From an uncultured Gammaproteobacteria bacterium (GTDB taxonomy: Bacteria > Pseudomonadota > Gammaproteobacteria > UBA6002), in the NCBI GenBank assembly GCA_963705725.1, contig CAVPKM010000013.1, forward strand, positions 179,248 to 243,247: a stretch of 64,000 bases of DNA, in the 5' to 3' direction. Positions 1-10,379 of the stretch are shown here, piece by piece. Below the pieces are notes generated by a model, which worked only from the letters and a program-made list of their open reading frames with translations, was not told where the DNA came from and did no database searches. The translations under genes and the position numbers were made by a program. Each line of letters starts with the position of its first letter. Within the stretch, counting starts at the first letter, position 1.

Positions 1-71
1 TTGATAAAAAGCGTTTGGCAGCCCTTGAAGAACTAGCTCGCGAAGCTCAAAAATATGATATGGGATATTAA
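1..71 (+). CDS. 3' end of an excisionase-like HTH protein (antitoxin usually paired with PIN toxins); partial at window edge
   Basis: Manual translation ...DKKRLAALEELAREAQKYDMGY*; this ending is typical of HTH genes directly upstream of PIN-domain genes, and a PIN start follows 2 nt later. Confidence 0.55.
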   Translation, partial: DKKRLAALEELAREAQKYDMGY

Positions 72-73
72 CC

Positions 74-217
74 ATGTTGCATGATATTGTTGTTTATGAT
101 GCATGTGTGCTTTATCCCGTTCCGTTACGTGATTTATTAATGCATTTGGCATTAATGGATCTATATCATGTAAACGAGTTCATTATAAAATTACGTGAAT
201 GCTCAAATAGGCTTTAG
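74..217 (+). pseudogene. Truncated PIN-domain (VapC-like) toxin
   Basis: Manual translation MLHDIVVYDACVLYPVPLRDLLMHLAL...; the YDACVLYP-LRDLL N-terminal PIN motif is present but the frame ends after 47 aa. Confidence 0.6.
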
Positions 218-405
218 TTAAATAGGATTTCAATTAAAATACCCCATGTCCATGCGTGCAGACGCAAAAATTTCTTTTAAGAATGTTTGCATCCAATTTT
301 TATATAAGTCTAAATTAATGCTCTAATGGCTGAAGAAAGTTTTTTGCGTTCTTATTTTGAAAATTATTTTATTGTATTTTTTGTGAACAAACAAAAAGCC
401 CATCT

Positions 406-2088
406 CTAAGTTCCCGTCGACTGTTTAATGCTCGATGAAAATTCTGTGTCTAGAGAAACAAAATTTTTATTGCATACATTATGGTAATCATTGGAGATAA
501 CCGTATACAAATCAATCGGAATGTTATGCAATGATGAATTTTCTTCAAAAAATCCTTGCTTGAATAAGGCGAGCTTCGGAGCATACTCTGTACTTATAAA
601 TCGCCTCTTCCAAATCTGAATATATCCTTCTAAAAGAGCGGGATCTGTTCTTGTTCCGTCACACCAATCTGTTAACGGTCTGATTTTTTTCATCATGGTA
701 TTTATTGCATCATTAACACCTACTCCATCGGCAACGGCTTTCACTCCCCTAGGATCTGTTGACAATATTTCTACCATCTCTAAACTCTTACTCGCGCATG
801 CTCTTGAAAATAATCTGTCATGTTCTAAAGGGGGTATACAAACTTCAGAACTTTCTAGCAATCTTTTAAGAATATTGCATCCAGAAGAGAATAGAGAGTA
901 TATTACGTTTGAAACTTGCGCAGGCATTGATAAAAACTTATAGAAAGTCTCGCATTGAAATAATAGCTCAAATGCATCCTTGTAGTAGATGCAGAGCTCA
1001 GTAATTGTACGGGAATTAGTTGAAAGGTTTGTAAAGTCATTTTCGGTAAGAAGAGGAAGAGGAAGAAGGACGCCTGTACATCCCGCCACACTAACAAAAG
1101 AACTAATTTTTTCACAGTCAGGCAATGCCTCGAATAAGATTTCAACACACTCAGCATGCCCATTCTGAACAGCATTCCATAAAGCCGCTTCTTTTCGAGA
1201 TCCTTCATCCGACCAATGATTTAGTGGCATATAGACATAATAATCTATAACCTCCTCGCATAAAGGCGTTTCTTTGCAATTATCTAACAATAAAGAGAGG
1301 ATTTCAGCATGCCCATTGCCAGCTGCCGCCTCCAATCCTCCAGGAAACATAAATAAGTTAGCAAGAAGAAGTTTTAGCATCTCAAGATTTCCATTTTGAC
1401 ATGCATGAAGAAAGAGAGATTCGTAGTTTTTGTCTTGCAAAGAAAGAGGTCTATCTTTATCTTTCGCAAAATTTATTAGCCACTCTGCCACGGCCAATTG
1501 GTTATTTTTGAGCGCCTCTACTAAGGCAGATTGATAATCAGTAAAACCCATATGATAATCACAAATTAATTCCCTCACGATTTCTAGATGTCCGTTTTTA
1601 CAGGCCAAGAGAATATACTCATTACCAAAAATACGGGCGTCTTGCTTGAGGTACTTTACGAAGTGAATATCGCCTCCACCCATACAAGCCTCTTCAAGCA
1701 TGGTGTTAACAGATTCTTCAGTCAATTCAGGAATAATATAAGTCGTTGGATAGCTTGCAATGAGTTCACATAAGAGATTTTCAGCAGAGTCACCCTCTAA
1801 ATTAGCGAGGGAATATTTGCTCAAAAGATTATAAAAATCGATAGCTCTTCTATCATATGCCAGCCTCACTCCCTTTCCCTTGTCCACGATCGCTTGAATT
1901 TTTTCCCATAAATAGGGATCATTAGAATCCTTTTTAATGTGGTTACCAATAAGCGGGATTCCTTCTGATCGACTGCCTTCCCAGAACACTCTATTTGTAC
2001 ATAAGCCATAAATAAAGGCAATAAGGGATGCTTTGGTATAGAATTCTTTCAGCATAGCCTCTGGATTTTTTTCATTTTCATTTATCAT
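406..2088 (-). CDS. Ankyrin-repeat protein (copy A), candidate host-directed effector
   Basis: Repeated ACKNGHLEIVRELI / ACQNGNLEMLKLLL / AAGNGHAEILSLLL / AVQNGHAECVEIL ankyrin motifs, 560 aa. Confidence 0.85.
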   Translation of the reverse strand: MINENEKNPEAMLKEFYTKASLIAFIYGLCTNRVFWEGSRSEGIPLIGNHIKKDSNDPYLWEKIQAIVDKGKGVRLAYDRRAIDFYNLLSKYSLANLEGDSAENLLCELIASYPTTYIIPELTEESVNTMLEEACMGGGDIHFVKYLKQDARIFGNEYILLACKNGHLEIVRELICDYHMGFTDYQSALVEALKNNQLAVAEWLINFAKDKDRPLSLQDKNYESLFLHACQNGNLEMLKLLLANLFMFPGGLEAAAGNGHAEILSLLLDNCKETPLCEEVIDYYVYMPLNHWSDEGSRKEAALWNAVQNGHAECVEILFEALPDCEKISSFVSVAGCTGVLLPLPLLTENDFTNLSTNSRTITELCIYYKDAFELLFQCETFYKFLSMPAQVSNVIYSLFSSGCNILKRLLESSEVCIPPLEHDRLFSRACASKSLEMVEILSTDPRGVKAVADGVGVNDAINTMMKKIRPLTDWCDGTRTDPALLEGYIQIWKRRFISTEYAPKLALFKQGFFEENSSLHNIPIDLYTVISNDYHNVCNKNFVSLDTEFSSSIKQSTGT

Positions 2089-2345
2089 TTCATGCCTCGT
2101 GTTTAGAATTGAACTGTATTGATGAATAGTTTAATGATAAAAAATGAAGAGAATATTAAATTAATTAAAATATGTTAGTAACGAACGGCGATTGTATCAA
2201 AAAGCCCAGTACGCATTGCCTCATTCAGGCAAGGATTTTTTGAAGAATTTTTGTCATTGCACAACAGGATATTTCTAAAAAAATAACTGACGCGTGATTA
2301 ATTTATCAATTGATATTGGCATTGTCGCTAATCCACTTAAACATC
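417..2345. repeat. Segmental direct duplication, copy A (copy B is 8296-12773, interrupted by IS66)
   Basis: Near-identical DNA covering the ankyrin gene and ~260 bp upstream; both copies end at ...ccacttaaacatc. Confidence 0.9.
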
Positions 2346-2391
2346 CGGTCGCAGTAGAGACATCAGTTGCCTGATGCCCCTACTGCGACCG
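2346..2391. repeat. GC-rich palindrome at the duplication boundary, resembling group II intron domain VI
   Basis: CGGTCGCAGTAG-AGACATCAG-TTGC-CTGATGCCC-CTACTGCGACCG; minus strand reads GTGCG...GGGGCATCAGGCAACTGATGTCTCTACTGCGAC. Confidence 0.45.
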
Positions 2392-2579
2392 CACATCCCA
2401 TCTCTATCTATAAATAAATGATTGTTAAAATGGGATCCCCCAACACGATAGATAATTGCTTAAATTTAGAAGATAGACCAAATTGACAGAGTGGAATTTT
2501 TTTCTCTAACATAAAATAACTCTGTTTATTAAAACGAAACTGACAAGAAATAAATGCCATTGATTAAGTAAACAGGATA

Positions 2580-3506
2580 TTAGCATAACCTAGCAGCTGC
2601 GATTTGAGCTGGATCATCCCCATCATAGCAAGCACCTCTATAAAGCAGAGTAAAGTGGGTTTGTCCCGGGATTACAATCTTATTAACATGAACACCATGG
2701 GCAATTAATTTTTTAGCATAACCTTCACTCTGGCTTCGTCCACCATCAAATTCGCCGCATTGAATCGTGGTTGGGCATAATGCTGAAAAGTCATTTTGCC
2801 AATAAGGCGAACATAAAGGATCTTTTCGGTTTGCTTTTTGACAATACAAGTCAAAGCTAAGCTTAGCACTTGCTTTATCTAGCATTTTATCTTCATCTGC
2901 AAATGAATCATATTCATGGAGGGAATCAGTATAATCAAACCCTCCGCTAAACAAATATTGATGCAATATATTGATATCCTTATTGCCCTGCAAAGTATTA
3001 CTTAACACCGCAGCTAAATTGGCACCGGAACTATAACCACTTAAGATTATTTTTGCTGAATTAATTTTTAATGTTTTGGCTTGCTCAAAAAGAGCAGTTA
3101 ATACAGTCAGCGCATCATGATAAGGGCTAGGGTAGGGATGTTCTGGGCTTAGTCTATACTCAACCATCATGGCTTTATACCCAGTATAATTCGCAATGCG
3201 GCTCAAGATGGTATAATTTTCGTCAAAAAGGGGATAAATGAAGGCGGTACCAGGGAAAAACAAGATAAAAGGCGTAGTGTTATCACCTTGATCAATCAAT
3301 CTAACCTTTATTTTATGGCCTTCAGGTGAAGGGATAAAAATATTTTTGTAAGGCAATAATGGTTGAGAGGGAAGGAAGGGTTGAAATTCTTTTGTTATTG
3401 CACGCATCTCAGCAATAGATGGTGTGCCATTTGTTCTGAGAATGGCCCTTTTCATAATTTGCTGCGCTTTTTTAAAAAACAATAAATCGGATTGATTGAC
3501 AGGCAT
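2580..3506 (-). CDS. Alpha/beta hydrolase, HSL-type lipase/esterase
   Basis: VEYRLSPEHPYP, nucleophile GYSSG, C-terminal GEFD and PGQTH catalytic motifs. Confidence 0.85.
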   Translation of the reverse strand: MPVNQSDLLFFKKAQQIMKRAILRTNGTPSIAEMRAITKEFQPFLPSQPLLPYKNIFIPSPEGHKIKVRLIDQGDNTTPFILFFPGTAFIYPLFDENYTILSRIANYTGYKAMMVEYRLSPEHPYPSPYHDALTVLTALFEQAKTLKINSAKIILSGYSSGANLAAVLSNTLQGNKDINILHQYLFSGGFDYTDSLHEYDSFADEDKMLDKASAKLSFDLYCQKANRKDPLCSPYWQNDFSALCPTTIQCGEFDGGRSQSEGYAKKLIAHGVHVNKIVIPGQTHFTLLYRGACYDGDDPAQIAAARLC

Positions 3507-3707
3507 AGTTATTTCTAAAAGTGGTTAAATTATGTTTATTCAACTTATCTATATTTAGAATATTTCAGAATATCCAGATTTACAAAGGTTGGGAAAGAAA
3601 AGTATATTCTTGAAACAATTTTGCCGCATGATTATGAAAGAGATTCTTTTTCCTTATCCAGGTCAAGCAAAGACAAGCCTAATTGTACGACTGATAATCA
3701 GGAATAA

Positions 3708-4824
3708 ATGAATAAGAAATACTATGGGATTTTACCCAATATCATCGTCCCTTTGGGAGGATTCGGAACAGATATTTATCTGCCCTCCTTACCAACTATG
3801 GTGGGAGTTTGGTGCTACTCGTTCAGATGTACAAATTAACAATGACAGCTTATGTTGCCGCTATGGGACTTGCTCAACTTACTAGTCGGCCCCATATCAG
3901 ATGCCCTAGGTCGTAAAAAATTAATTCTAGCCTCCTTGATTATCCAAATTCTTGCTATTGTGGGTATTTTGCTGAGCCCTAATATTTATTGGATCATTAT
4001 CATCGGTTTTTTCAAGGTATGGGAGCCGCTTTTTATGATTGCACCGGCCCGAGCAATCTTAAATGATTGCTTCAGTGGCGACGAACTTAAAAAGAAATTT
4101 AATTATCTGACCATTAGCTTTGCTTTGGCACCCATAATTGCACCATTTATAGGGGGTATCTGTCAGGAATATTTTGGCTGGCAGGCTTCATTTTATGTTA
4201 TTTTAGTTTATGCAGTTTCTTTACTGATTTTAATACACCTAACCTATGAAGAAACGATTCCAGCTAAAAAACGTTTCAACTTCTGGATATGTTTCATAAT
4301 TACCCTCATATATTGAGCCATCGAAACCTTGTTTTGATGACATCGTTTACTAGTATACTATTCGGCTTTAATGCATTAACTAGCGTTTTAGGACCCTTCA
4401 TATTCATTGAGCATTTTTTTGATGTGGCGCCTATTTATTATGGTTATATGGCCTTATTACTTGGTCTTGGCTGGTTTTTTGGCAATATCAGTAATCGAAT
4501 TTTATTTCATGTCCCGCCTATTAATAAATTGCGGTTTAGCCTAAGTTGCCATCTTCTAACTACCTTGGTGCTGTTAGGGAGTTCTCTAGCAGGAACGTAT
4601 CATCTTATGCTTACAATGATTGCTTTCATTATGTATATCTATGCTGCAGGCTTAATATTTCCATTGATGGTCGGTGAGGTATTGTCTTTATTTCCAAAAT
4701 TAGCCGCTTCAAGCAATGCTTGTTTATTTGCTTCTATTTGGATGGCCTACGCCCTTTATACAGGGATTGCTACATTCATACCCGTAAATAATAGCTTGAT
4801 TATCTTGTCTTTAGTGTTTCTAGG
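3708..4824 (+). pseudogene. Bcr/CflA-family MFS drug transporter, frameshifted and IS66-interrupted; last codons at 7216-7272
   Basis: ATG 3708 gives ...GTDIYLPSLP; GPISDALGRK and APIIAPFIGG lie in other frames; reading resumes after the IS as FLGRNLASIQIYQRIKLH*. Confidence 0.8.
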
Positions 4825-4901
4825 GTATCCGCTAATTTAACCACCCACTTATGCTATAACGTAAGTTCTTGCATACTCCTGTTTTTTTAAAGGAGTAGCG
4901 C

Positions 4902-5255
4902 ATGACAGCAACCCATAATTCGCCTTCTCAAAAAACTCTGGCATTAAATATGGAAAAATGGCGATCAATAATTACAGATTGGGAATTAAGCAAAGAAAGT
5001 CAAAAAAAATATTGTGAGCGGTTAGGGATAAGTTTAAATACTTTTACGCATGCCCGTAGCAAGTTAATTCGAGATAAAAAAATAAAACCCGCGTTTATTC
5101 CTCTCTCTTTGAATCCAATCGAGATTCAAAATTCTTCGAGCATTAATACCGTGATTATTGAAAACCCGAAGGGATTTAAACTCCATGTTTCATCAGAATT
5201 ATCGTTAGATCGTTTAGTGAAAATTTTTAAATTATGTGGGTGGTTAAATGCTTAA
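4902..5255 (+). CDS. tnpA: IS66 accessory protein TnpA
   Basis: WRSIITDWELSKESQKKYCERLGISLNTF HTH; first ORF of IS66. Confidence 0.85.
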   Translation: MTATHNSPSQKTLALNMEKWRSIITDWELSKESQKKYCERLGISLNTFTHARSKLIRDKKIKPAFIPLSLNPIEIQNSSSINTVIIENPKGFKLHVSSELSLDRLVKIFKLCGWLNA

Positions 5256-5604
5256 GTTACGAGACGAAGTAAAAATTTATGTGAGCATGGAGCCTATAGA
5301 TGCGAGAAAAAGCATTGATAGTTTATGTATCCTTATTGTCGAAAATTTTAAGGATAATCCACAATGTGGGAGCCTCTTTATTTTTTTTAATAAATCACGA
5401 GATAAAGTAAAAATTATTTGGTGGGATGCAAATGGTTTTATTCTACATTACAAGCGCCTTGAAAAAGGACGCTTTGTTCTGCCAAAATTAAGTGGAATTG
5501 ATAAACTAGAAATTTCACAAACTCAGCTTCACGGTTTATTGGCAGGTTTAGATTTCTCACTCATGCGCCATTTTCCTGAAATAAATTATTATCAATATGC
5601 ATAA
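5248..5604 (+). CDS. tnpB: IS66 accessory protein TnpB
   Basis: PIDARKSIDSL, KVKIIWWDANGF, YKRLEKGRF motifs. Confidence 0.92.
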   Translation: MLKLRDEVKIYVSMEPIDARKSIDSLCILIVENFKDNPQCGSLFIFFNKSRDKVKIIWWDANGFILHYKRLEKGRFVLPKLSGIDKLEISQTQLHGLLAGLDFSLMRHFPEINYYQYA

Positions 5605-5644
5605 AACAGTGAGGCATAGTGGAAAATTATAGTATCATGTCTCC

Positions 5645-7192
5645 ATGGATAGATCTCATGAATTACAAGCGATATCAAAAGAAGAATTAATTAAAATAAT
5701 TCAACAAAAAAACACCCTCCTTTTTGAACAAGCAAAACAAATTCAATTTTTAGAAGAGCAAATTCTTGCCTATCGACTTCGCCAATTTGCCAATAAATCC
5801 GAGAAAATTAATCCTAATCAAATTTCTCTTTTTGATGAGGCGGTATTGCCTAAATCAGAAGAGAAAATCTTATCACAAGAAGAAGTCATCACGGTTGCTT
5901 CTTATACTAAAAGTAAGCAGGTAGGGAGAAGAGCACTACCTGCAGAATTACTTCGTATACCTCGAATCTATGATTTATCTGAAGATGAAAAAATTTGTCA
6001 ATGCGGTTGTGCATTAACTCACATTAAAGATGAAAAAAGCGAGCAACTCGAAATTATTCCAGCAAAAATTTATGTCATCGAGCATATCAGAAAAAAATAT
6101 GTCTGCAAAAAATGTCAAGAAACCATTAAGCTAGCAAAACAACCTGCTGCACCTATTCCAAGGAGTATTGCAGCAAGTGGATTATTAAGTCACGTATTGG
6201 TTTCAAAATTTCAAGACCACTTGCCGCTATTTCGCCAAGAAAAAATATTAAAACGCATTGGTGTGGATATTCCTCGAGCCACATTATGTTTATGGGTGAT
6301 CAAGTGTGCTGAACTTTTGCTGCCGATTTTAAAACTAATGCATGATCGAATATTAACTTATGATATTGCTTATGTTGATGAAACCACATTGCAAGTTATT
6401 AAAGAACAGAATAAAAGTATAAAAAGTAAAAAATACATGTGGCTTTATTCAGGCGGACCCAAAGCACAATTTGTTTATTACTACCAATATCATCCTTCAC
6501 GCTCACACGAAGTCGCCGATGCTTTTTTTGCGGATTTTTCAGGCTACTTACACTGTGATGGCTTCATTGGGTATGACACATTAGCGGGAAAAAGAAAAAC
6601 GATAAAACTGGTTGGCTGTTGGTATCACGCGAGACGAAAATTTATTGAAGTTACAAAGCTCATGCCAAATAAAGAAGGGGTGGCTTGGCATATTGTTAAA
6701 CTCATTGCAAAACTCAGCGTGATTGAAGAAGAAATAAAAATCTTATCTGCTGCAGAAAAACAGGCTATTCGACAAGCGAAATCGAAAGTGATTATCAATG
6801 AAATACAGGATTATCTCATCAAACATCAATCTATTATTCCACCAAAAAGTTTATTAGGAGAAGCGGTAGGTTATACACTCAATCAATGGCCAAAATTATT
6901 AAGATTTCTTGATGATGGACGTCTCGATATTAGTAATAATCTTTCTGAGCGAGGCATTAAACCTTTTGTAATCGGCAGAAAAGGTTGGCTCTTTGCTGAT
7001 AGTGTGGCTGGCGCTCATGCAGCAGCAACAATTTTTAGCATCATTGAAACTTGCAAGTATCATCAGGTTGAGCCTTATGATTATTTGCGATATGTGCTTG
7101 ATGTCATACCTCGATGCAACACGATTGAAGATTACGAAAAACTCCTTCCTTATAATATTGATCGAGCACTGCTGGTTAGCCAAGTGCGCTGA
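5645..7192 (+). CDS. tnpC: IS66 transposase TnpC
   Basis: CxC...CxxC zinc finger, VDETT, HCDG, GCWYHARRKF, NNLSERGIK motifs. Confidence 0.95.
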   Translation: MDRSHELQAISKEELIKIIQQKNTLLFEQAKQIQFLEEQILAYRLRQFANKSEKINPNQISLFDEAVLPKSEEKILSQEEVITVASYTKSKQVGRRALPAELLRIPRIYDLSEDEKICQCGCALTHIKDEKSEQLEIIPAKIYVIEHIRKKYVCKKCQETIKLAKQPAAPIPRSIAASGLLSHVLVSKFQDHLPLFRQEKILKRIGVDIPRATLCLWVIKCAELLLPILKLMHDRILTYDIAYVDETTLQVIKEQNKSIKSKKYMWLYSGGPKAQFVYYYQYHPSRSHEVADAFFADFSGYLHCDGFIGYDTLAGKRKTIKLVGCWYHARRKFIEVTKLMPNKEGVAWHIVKLIAKLSVIEEEIKILSAAEKQAIRQAKSKVIINEIQDYLIKHQSIIPPKSLLGEAVGYTLNQWPKLLRFLDDGRLDISNNLSERGIKPFVIGRKGWLFADSVAGAHAAATIFSIIETCKYHQVEPYDYLRYVLDVIPRCNTIEDYEKLLPYNIDRALLVSQVR

Positions 7193-7314
7193 GGGGCTGA
7201 TTAATTAGCGGATACTTTCTAGGAAGGAATTTAGCAAGTATCCAGATTTATCAACGTATTAAACTGCATTAACATGCTTCAAAGCTAGATTGGAATGGGA
7301 ATCATGAGAGTGAT

Positions 7315-7341
7315 AAAGTTGGGTTGATACAACCCAACTTT
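7315..7341. terminator. Perfect hairpin between convergent genes, possible bidirectional terminator
   Basis: AAAGTTGGGTTG-ATA-CAACCCAACTTT. Confidence 0.5.
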
Positions 7342-7390
7342 GCTTTAGCAAACATGCAGCCCATGCTTGGGACAACGAGCCTAATGGTCA

Positions 7391-7726
7391 TTAAACAAAA
7401 AGTTCAAGCAATTGCGTTGCAGCAGCGTCAACAGGGCCAGTATCATACACTGTCATAATTTGTTGATTAAACCACTGATCGAAGGGATGCTGGGAATTAT
7501 TCCAGCCTTTGATTTTTTCAGAAAAATTAGGACCTAATTCGTGATATACAAAAACATAATCACGATGCTCTAAATTTTTTATCCATATTTTGAGGCAAGA
7601 CATATCATAGCGTGCAAGCATCTCCTTCCATTCTTCGGATTTTTGTTCCGTTGTTTGTTTAACAAAATCCTGGAATTGCTTTACACATCCTGTTTTTAAT
7701 GGGATGCAAAATAATACGGTTTTCAT
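7391..7726 (-). CDS. Small hypothetical protein, possible dimeric alpha-beta barrel
   Basis: 111-aa ORF with RBS (GCAGGAGA) downstream of the CMD gene; HPFDQWF motif. Confidence 0.6.
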   Translation of the reverse strand: MKTVLFCIPLKTGCVKQFQDFVKQTTEQKSEEWKEMLARYDMSCLKIWIKNLEHRDYVFVYHELGPNFSEKIKGWNNSQHPFDQWFNQQIMTVYDTGPVDAAATQLLELFV

Positions 7727-7793
7727 ATCATTTCTCCTGCTTTTGAATTTAAATAATTGGTAAATCCATATTAATCTATATGTTATGCCGCTT

Positions 7794-8237
7794 CTATTTT
7801 GAGGGTAATTTACGAAAACTTACGGCCAACCGATTCCAAGCATTGATGGTGATAATTGCCATGGTCAGATCAACGGCTTCTTTATCACTGAAATATTTAA
7901 GTACGTCTTGGTAAAGGTCTTCAGGTGCGTGAGTTTCTGATAATAAAGTTACAGCTTCTGCCCAAGCCAAAGCTGCTCGTTCGGGATCAGTAAAAAAAGG
8001 GGCTTCATGCCAAACAGCAACGGCATTTAGCCGTCTTTGTGACTCACCTGCTTTTAGTGCATCCTTACAATGTGTATCTACACAAAATACACAGCCATTT
8101 ATTTGAGAAACACGAAGCTTTATCAGTTCAAGCAGTAATTTATCTAAGCCACAACTGTTAACAAATTCTTCAAGTCCCATCATAGCTTTAACTGCTTCTG
8201 GTGAAACTTTGTAATAGTCTATTCTTAAATTGGTCAT
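7794..8237 (-). CDS. Carboxymuconolactone decarboxylase / AhpD-family protein
   Basis: ELIKLRVSQINGCVFCVDTH CxxC motif, INAWNRL. Confidence 0.9.
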   Translation of the reverse strand: MTNLRIDYYKVSPEAVKAMMGLEEFVNSCGLDKLLLELIKLRVSQINGCVFCVDTHCKDALKAGESQRRLNAVAVWHEAPFFTDPERAALAWAEAVTLLSETHAPEDLYQDVLKYFSDKEAVDLTMAIITINAWNRLAVSFRKLPSK

Positions 8238-8791
8238 CCTAACCTCTACTTGTATTTTAATTGTTGTAAATCAGTCATAAAAATCCCATCTCTGATCGAC
8301 TGTTTAATGCTCGACGAAAATTCTGTGTCTAGAGAAACAAAATTTTTATTGCATACATTATGGTAATCATTGGAGATAACCGTATACAAATCAATCGGAA
8401 TGTTACGCAATGATGAATTTTCTTCAAAAAATCCTTGCTTGAATAAGGCGAGCTTCGGAGCATACTCTGTACTTATAGATCGACTTATAAATCGCCTCTT
8501 CCAAATCTGAATATATCCTTTTAAAAGAGCCTGATCTGTTCTTGTTGTGAAACACCAACGGCTATACGGTTTGATTTCTTTCATCATGGTATTTATTGCA
8601 TCATTAACACCTGCTCCATTGGCAACGGCTTTCACTCCCCTAGGATCTGTTGACAATATTTCTACCATCTCTAAACTCTTACTCGCGCATGCTTCTAAAA
8701 ATAATCTGCCATGTTCTAAATGGGGTATACAAACTTCAGAACTTTCTAGCAATCTTTTAAGAATATTGGTATCCGCTAATTAATCAGCCCC

Positions 8792-10339
8792 TCAGCGCAC
8801 TTGGCTAACCAGCAGTGCTCGATCAATATTATAAGGAAGGAGTTTTTCGTAATCTTCAATCGTGTTGCATCGAGGTATGACATCAAGCACATATCGCAAA
8901 TAATCATAAGGCTCAACCTGATGATACTTGCAAGTTTCAATGATGCTAAAAATTGTTGCTGCTGCATGAGCGCCAGCCACACTATCAGCAAAGAGCCAAC
9001 CTTTTCTGCCGATTACAAAAGGTTTAATGCCTCGCTCAGAAAGATTATTACTAATATCGAGACGTCCATCATCAAGAAATCTTAATAATTTTGGCCATTG
9101 ATTGAGTGTATAACCTACCGCTTCTCCTAATAAACTTTTTGGTGGAATAATAGATTGATGTTTGATGAGATAATCCTGTATTTCATTGATAATCACTTTC
9201 GATTTCGCTTGTCGAATAGCCTGTTTTTCTGCAGCAGATAAGATTTTTATTTCTTCTTCAATCACGCTGAGTTTTGCAATGAGTTTAACAATATGCCAAG
9301 CCACCCCTTCTTTATTTGGCATGAGCTTTGTAACTTCAATAAATTTTCGTCTCGCGTGATACCAACAGCCAACCAGTTTTATCGTTTTTCTTTTTCCCGC
9401 TAATGTGTCATACCCAATGAAGCCATCACAGTGTAAGTAGCCTGAAAAATCCGCAAAAAAAGCATCGGCGACTTCGTGTGAGCGTGAAGGATGATATTGG
9501 TAGTAATAAACAAATTGTGCTTTGGGTCCGCCTGAATAAAGCCACATGTATTTTTTACTTTTTATACTTTTATTCTGTTCTTTAATAACTTGCAATGTGG
9601 TTTCATCAACATAAGCAATATCATAAGTTAATATTCGATCATGCATTAGTTTTAAAATCGGCAGCAAAAGTTCAGCACACTTGATCACCCATAAACATAA
9701 TGTGGCTCGAGGAATATCCACACCAATGCGTTTTAATATTTTTTCTTGGCGAAATAGCGGCAAGTGATCTTGAAATTTTGAAACCAATACGTGACTTAAT
9801 AATCCACTTGCTGCAATACTCCTTGGAATAGGTGCAGCAGGTTGTTTTGCTAGCTTAATGGTTTCTTGACATTTTTTGCAGGCATATTTTTTTCTGATAT
9901 GCTCGATGACATAAATTTTTGCTGGAATAATTTCGAGTTGCTCGCTTTTTTCATCTTTAATGTGAGTTAATGCACAACCGCATTGACAAATTTTTTCATC
10001 TTCAGATAAATCATAGATTCGAGGTATACGAAATAATTCTGCAGGTAGTGCTCTTCTCCCTACCTGCTTACTTTTAGTATAAGAAGCAACCGTGATGACT
10101 TCTTCTTGTGATAAGATTTTCTCTTCTGATTTAGGCAATACCGCCTCATCAAAAAGAGAAATTTGATTAGGATTAATTTTCTCGGATTTATTGGCAAATT
10201 GGCGAAGTCGATAGGCAAGAATTTGCTCTTCTAAAAATTGAATTTGTTTTGCTTGTTCAAAAAGGAGGGTGTTTTTTTGTTGAATTATTTTAATTAATTC
10301 TTCTTTTGATATCGCTTGTAATTCATGAGATCTATCCAT
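8792..10339 (-). CDS. tnpC: IS66 transposase TnpC
   Basis: Near-identical to 5645-7192. Confidence 0.95.
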   Translation of the reverse strand: MDRSHELQAISKEELIKIIQQKNTLLFEQAKQIQFLEEQILAYRLRQFANKSEKINPNQISLFDEAVLPKSEEKILSQEEVITVASYTKSKQVGRRALPAELFRIPRIYDLSEDEKICQCGCALTHIKDEKSEQLEIIPAKIYVIEHIRKKYACKKCQETIKLAKQPAAPIPRSIAASGLLSHVLVSKFQDHLPLFRQEKILKRIGVDIPRATLCLWVIKCAELLLPILKLMHDRILTYDIAYVDETTLQVIKEQNKSIKSKKYMWLYSGGPKAQFVYYYQYHPSRSHEVADAFFADFSGYLHCDGFIGYDTLAGKRKTIKLVGCWYHARRKFIEVTKLMPNKEGVAWHIVKLIAKLSVIEEEIKILSAAEKQAIRQAKSKVIINEIQDYLIKHQSIIPPKSLLGEAVGYTLNQWPKLLRFLDDGRLDISNNLSERGIKPFVIGRKGWLFADSVAGAHAAATIFSIIETCKYHQVEPYDYLRYVLDVIPRCNTIEDYEKLLPYNIDRALLVSQVR

Positions 10340-10379
10340 GGAGACATGATACTATAATTTTCCACTATGCCTCACTGTT

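Larger units (their letters stand above)
4825..7215 (+). mobile_element. IS66-family insertion sequence, copy 1 (2391 bp)
   Basis: Terminal IRs GTATCCGCTAATT...AATTAGCGGATAC; 8-bp TSD TTTCTAGG at 4817-4824 and 7216-7223; tnpA-tnpB-tnpC. Confidence 0.95.

Noticed and set aside
6899-9085. Small ORFs overlapping the IS66 tnpC 3' ends (71 and 94 aa, each seen twice)
   Set aside because: Repeated only because the IS is duplicated; alternative or antisense frames without recognisable motifs
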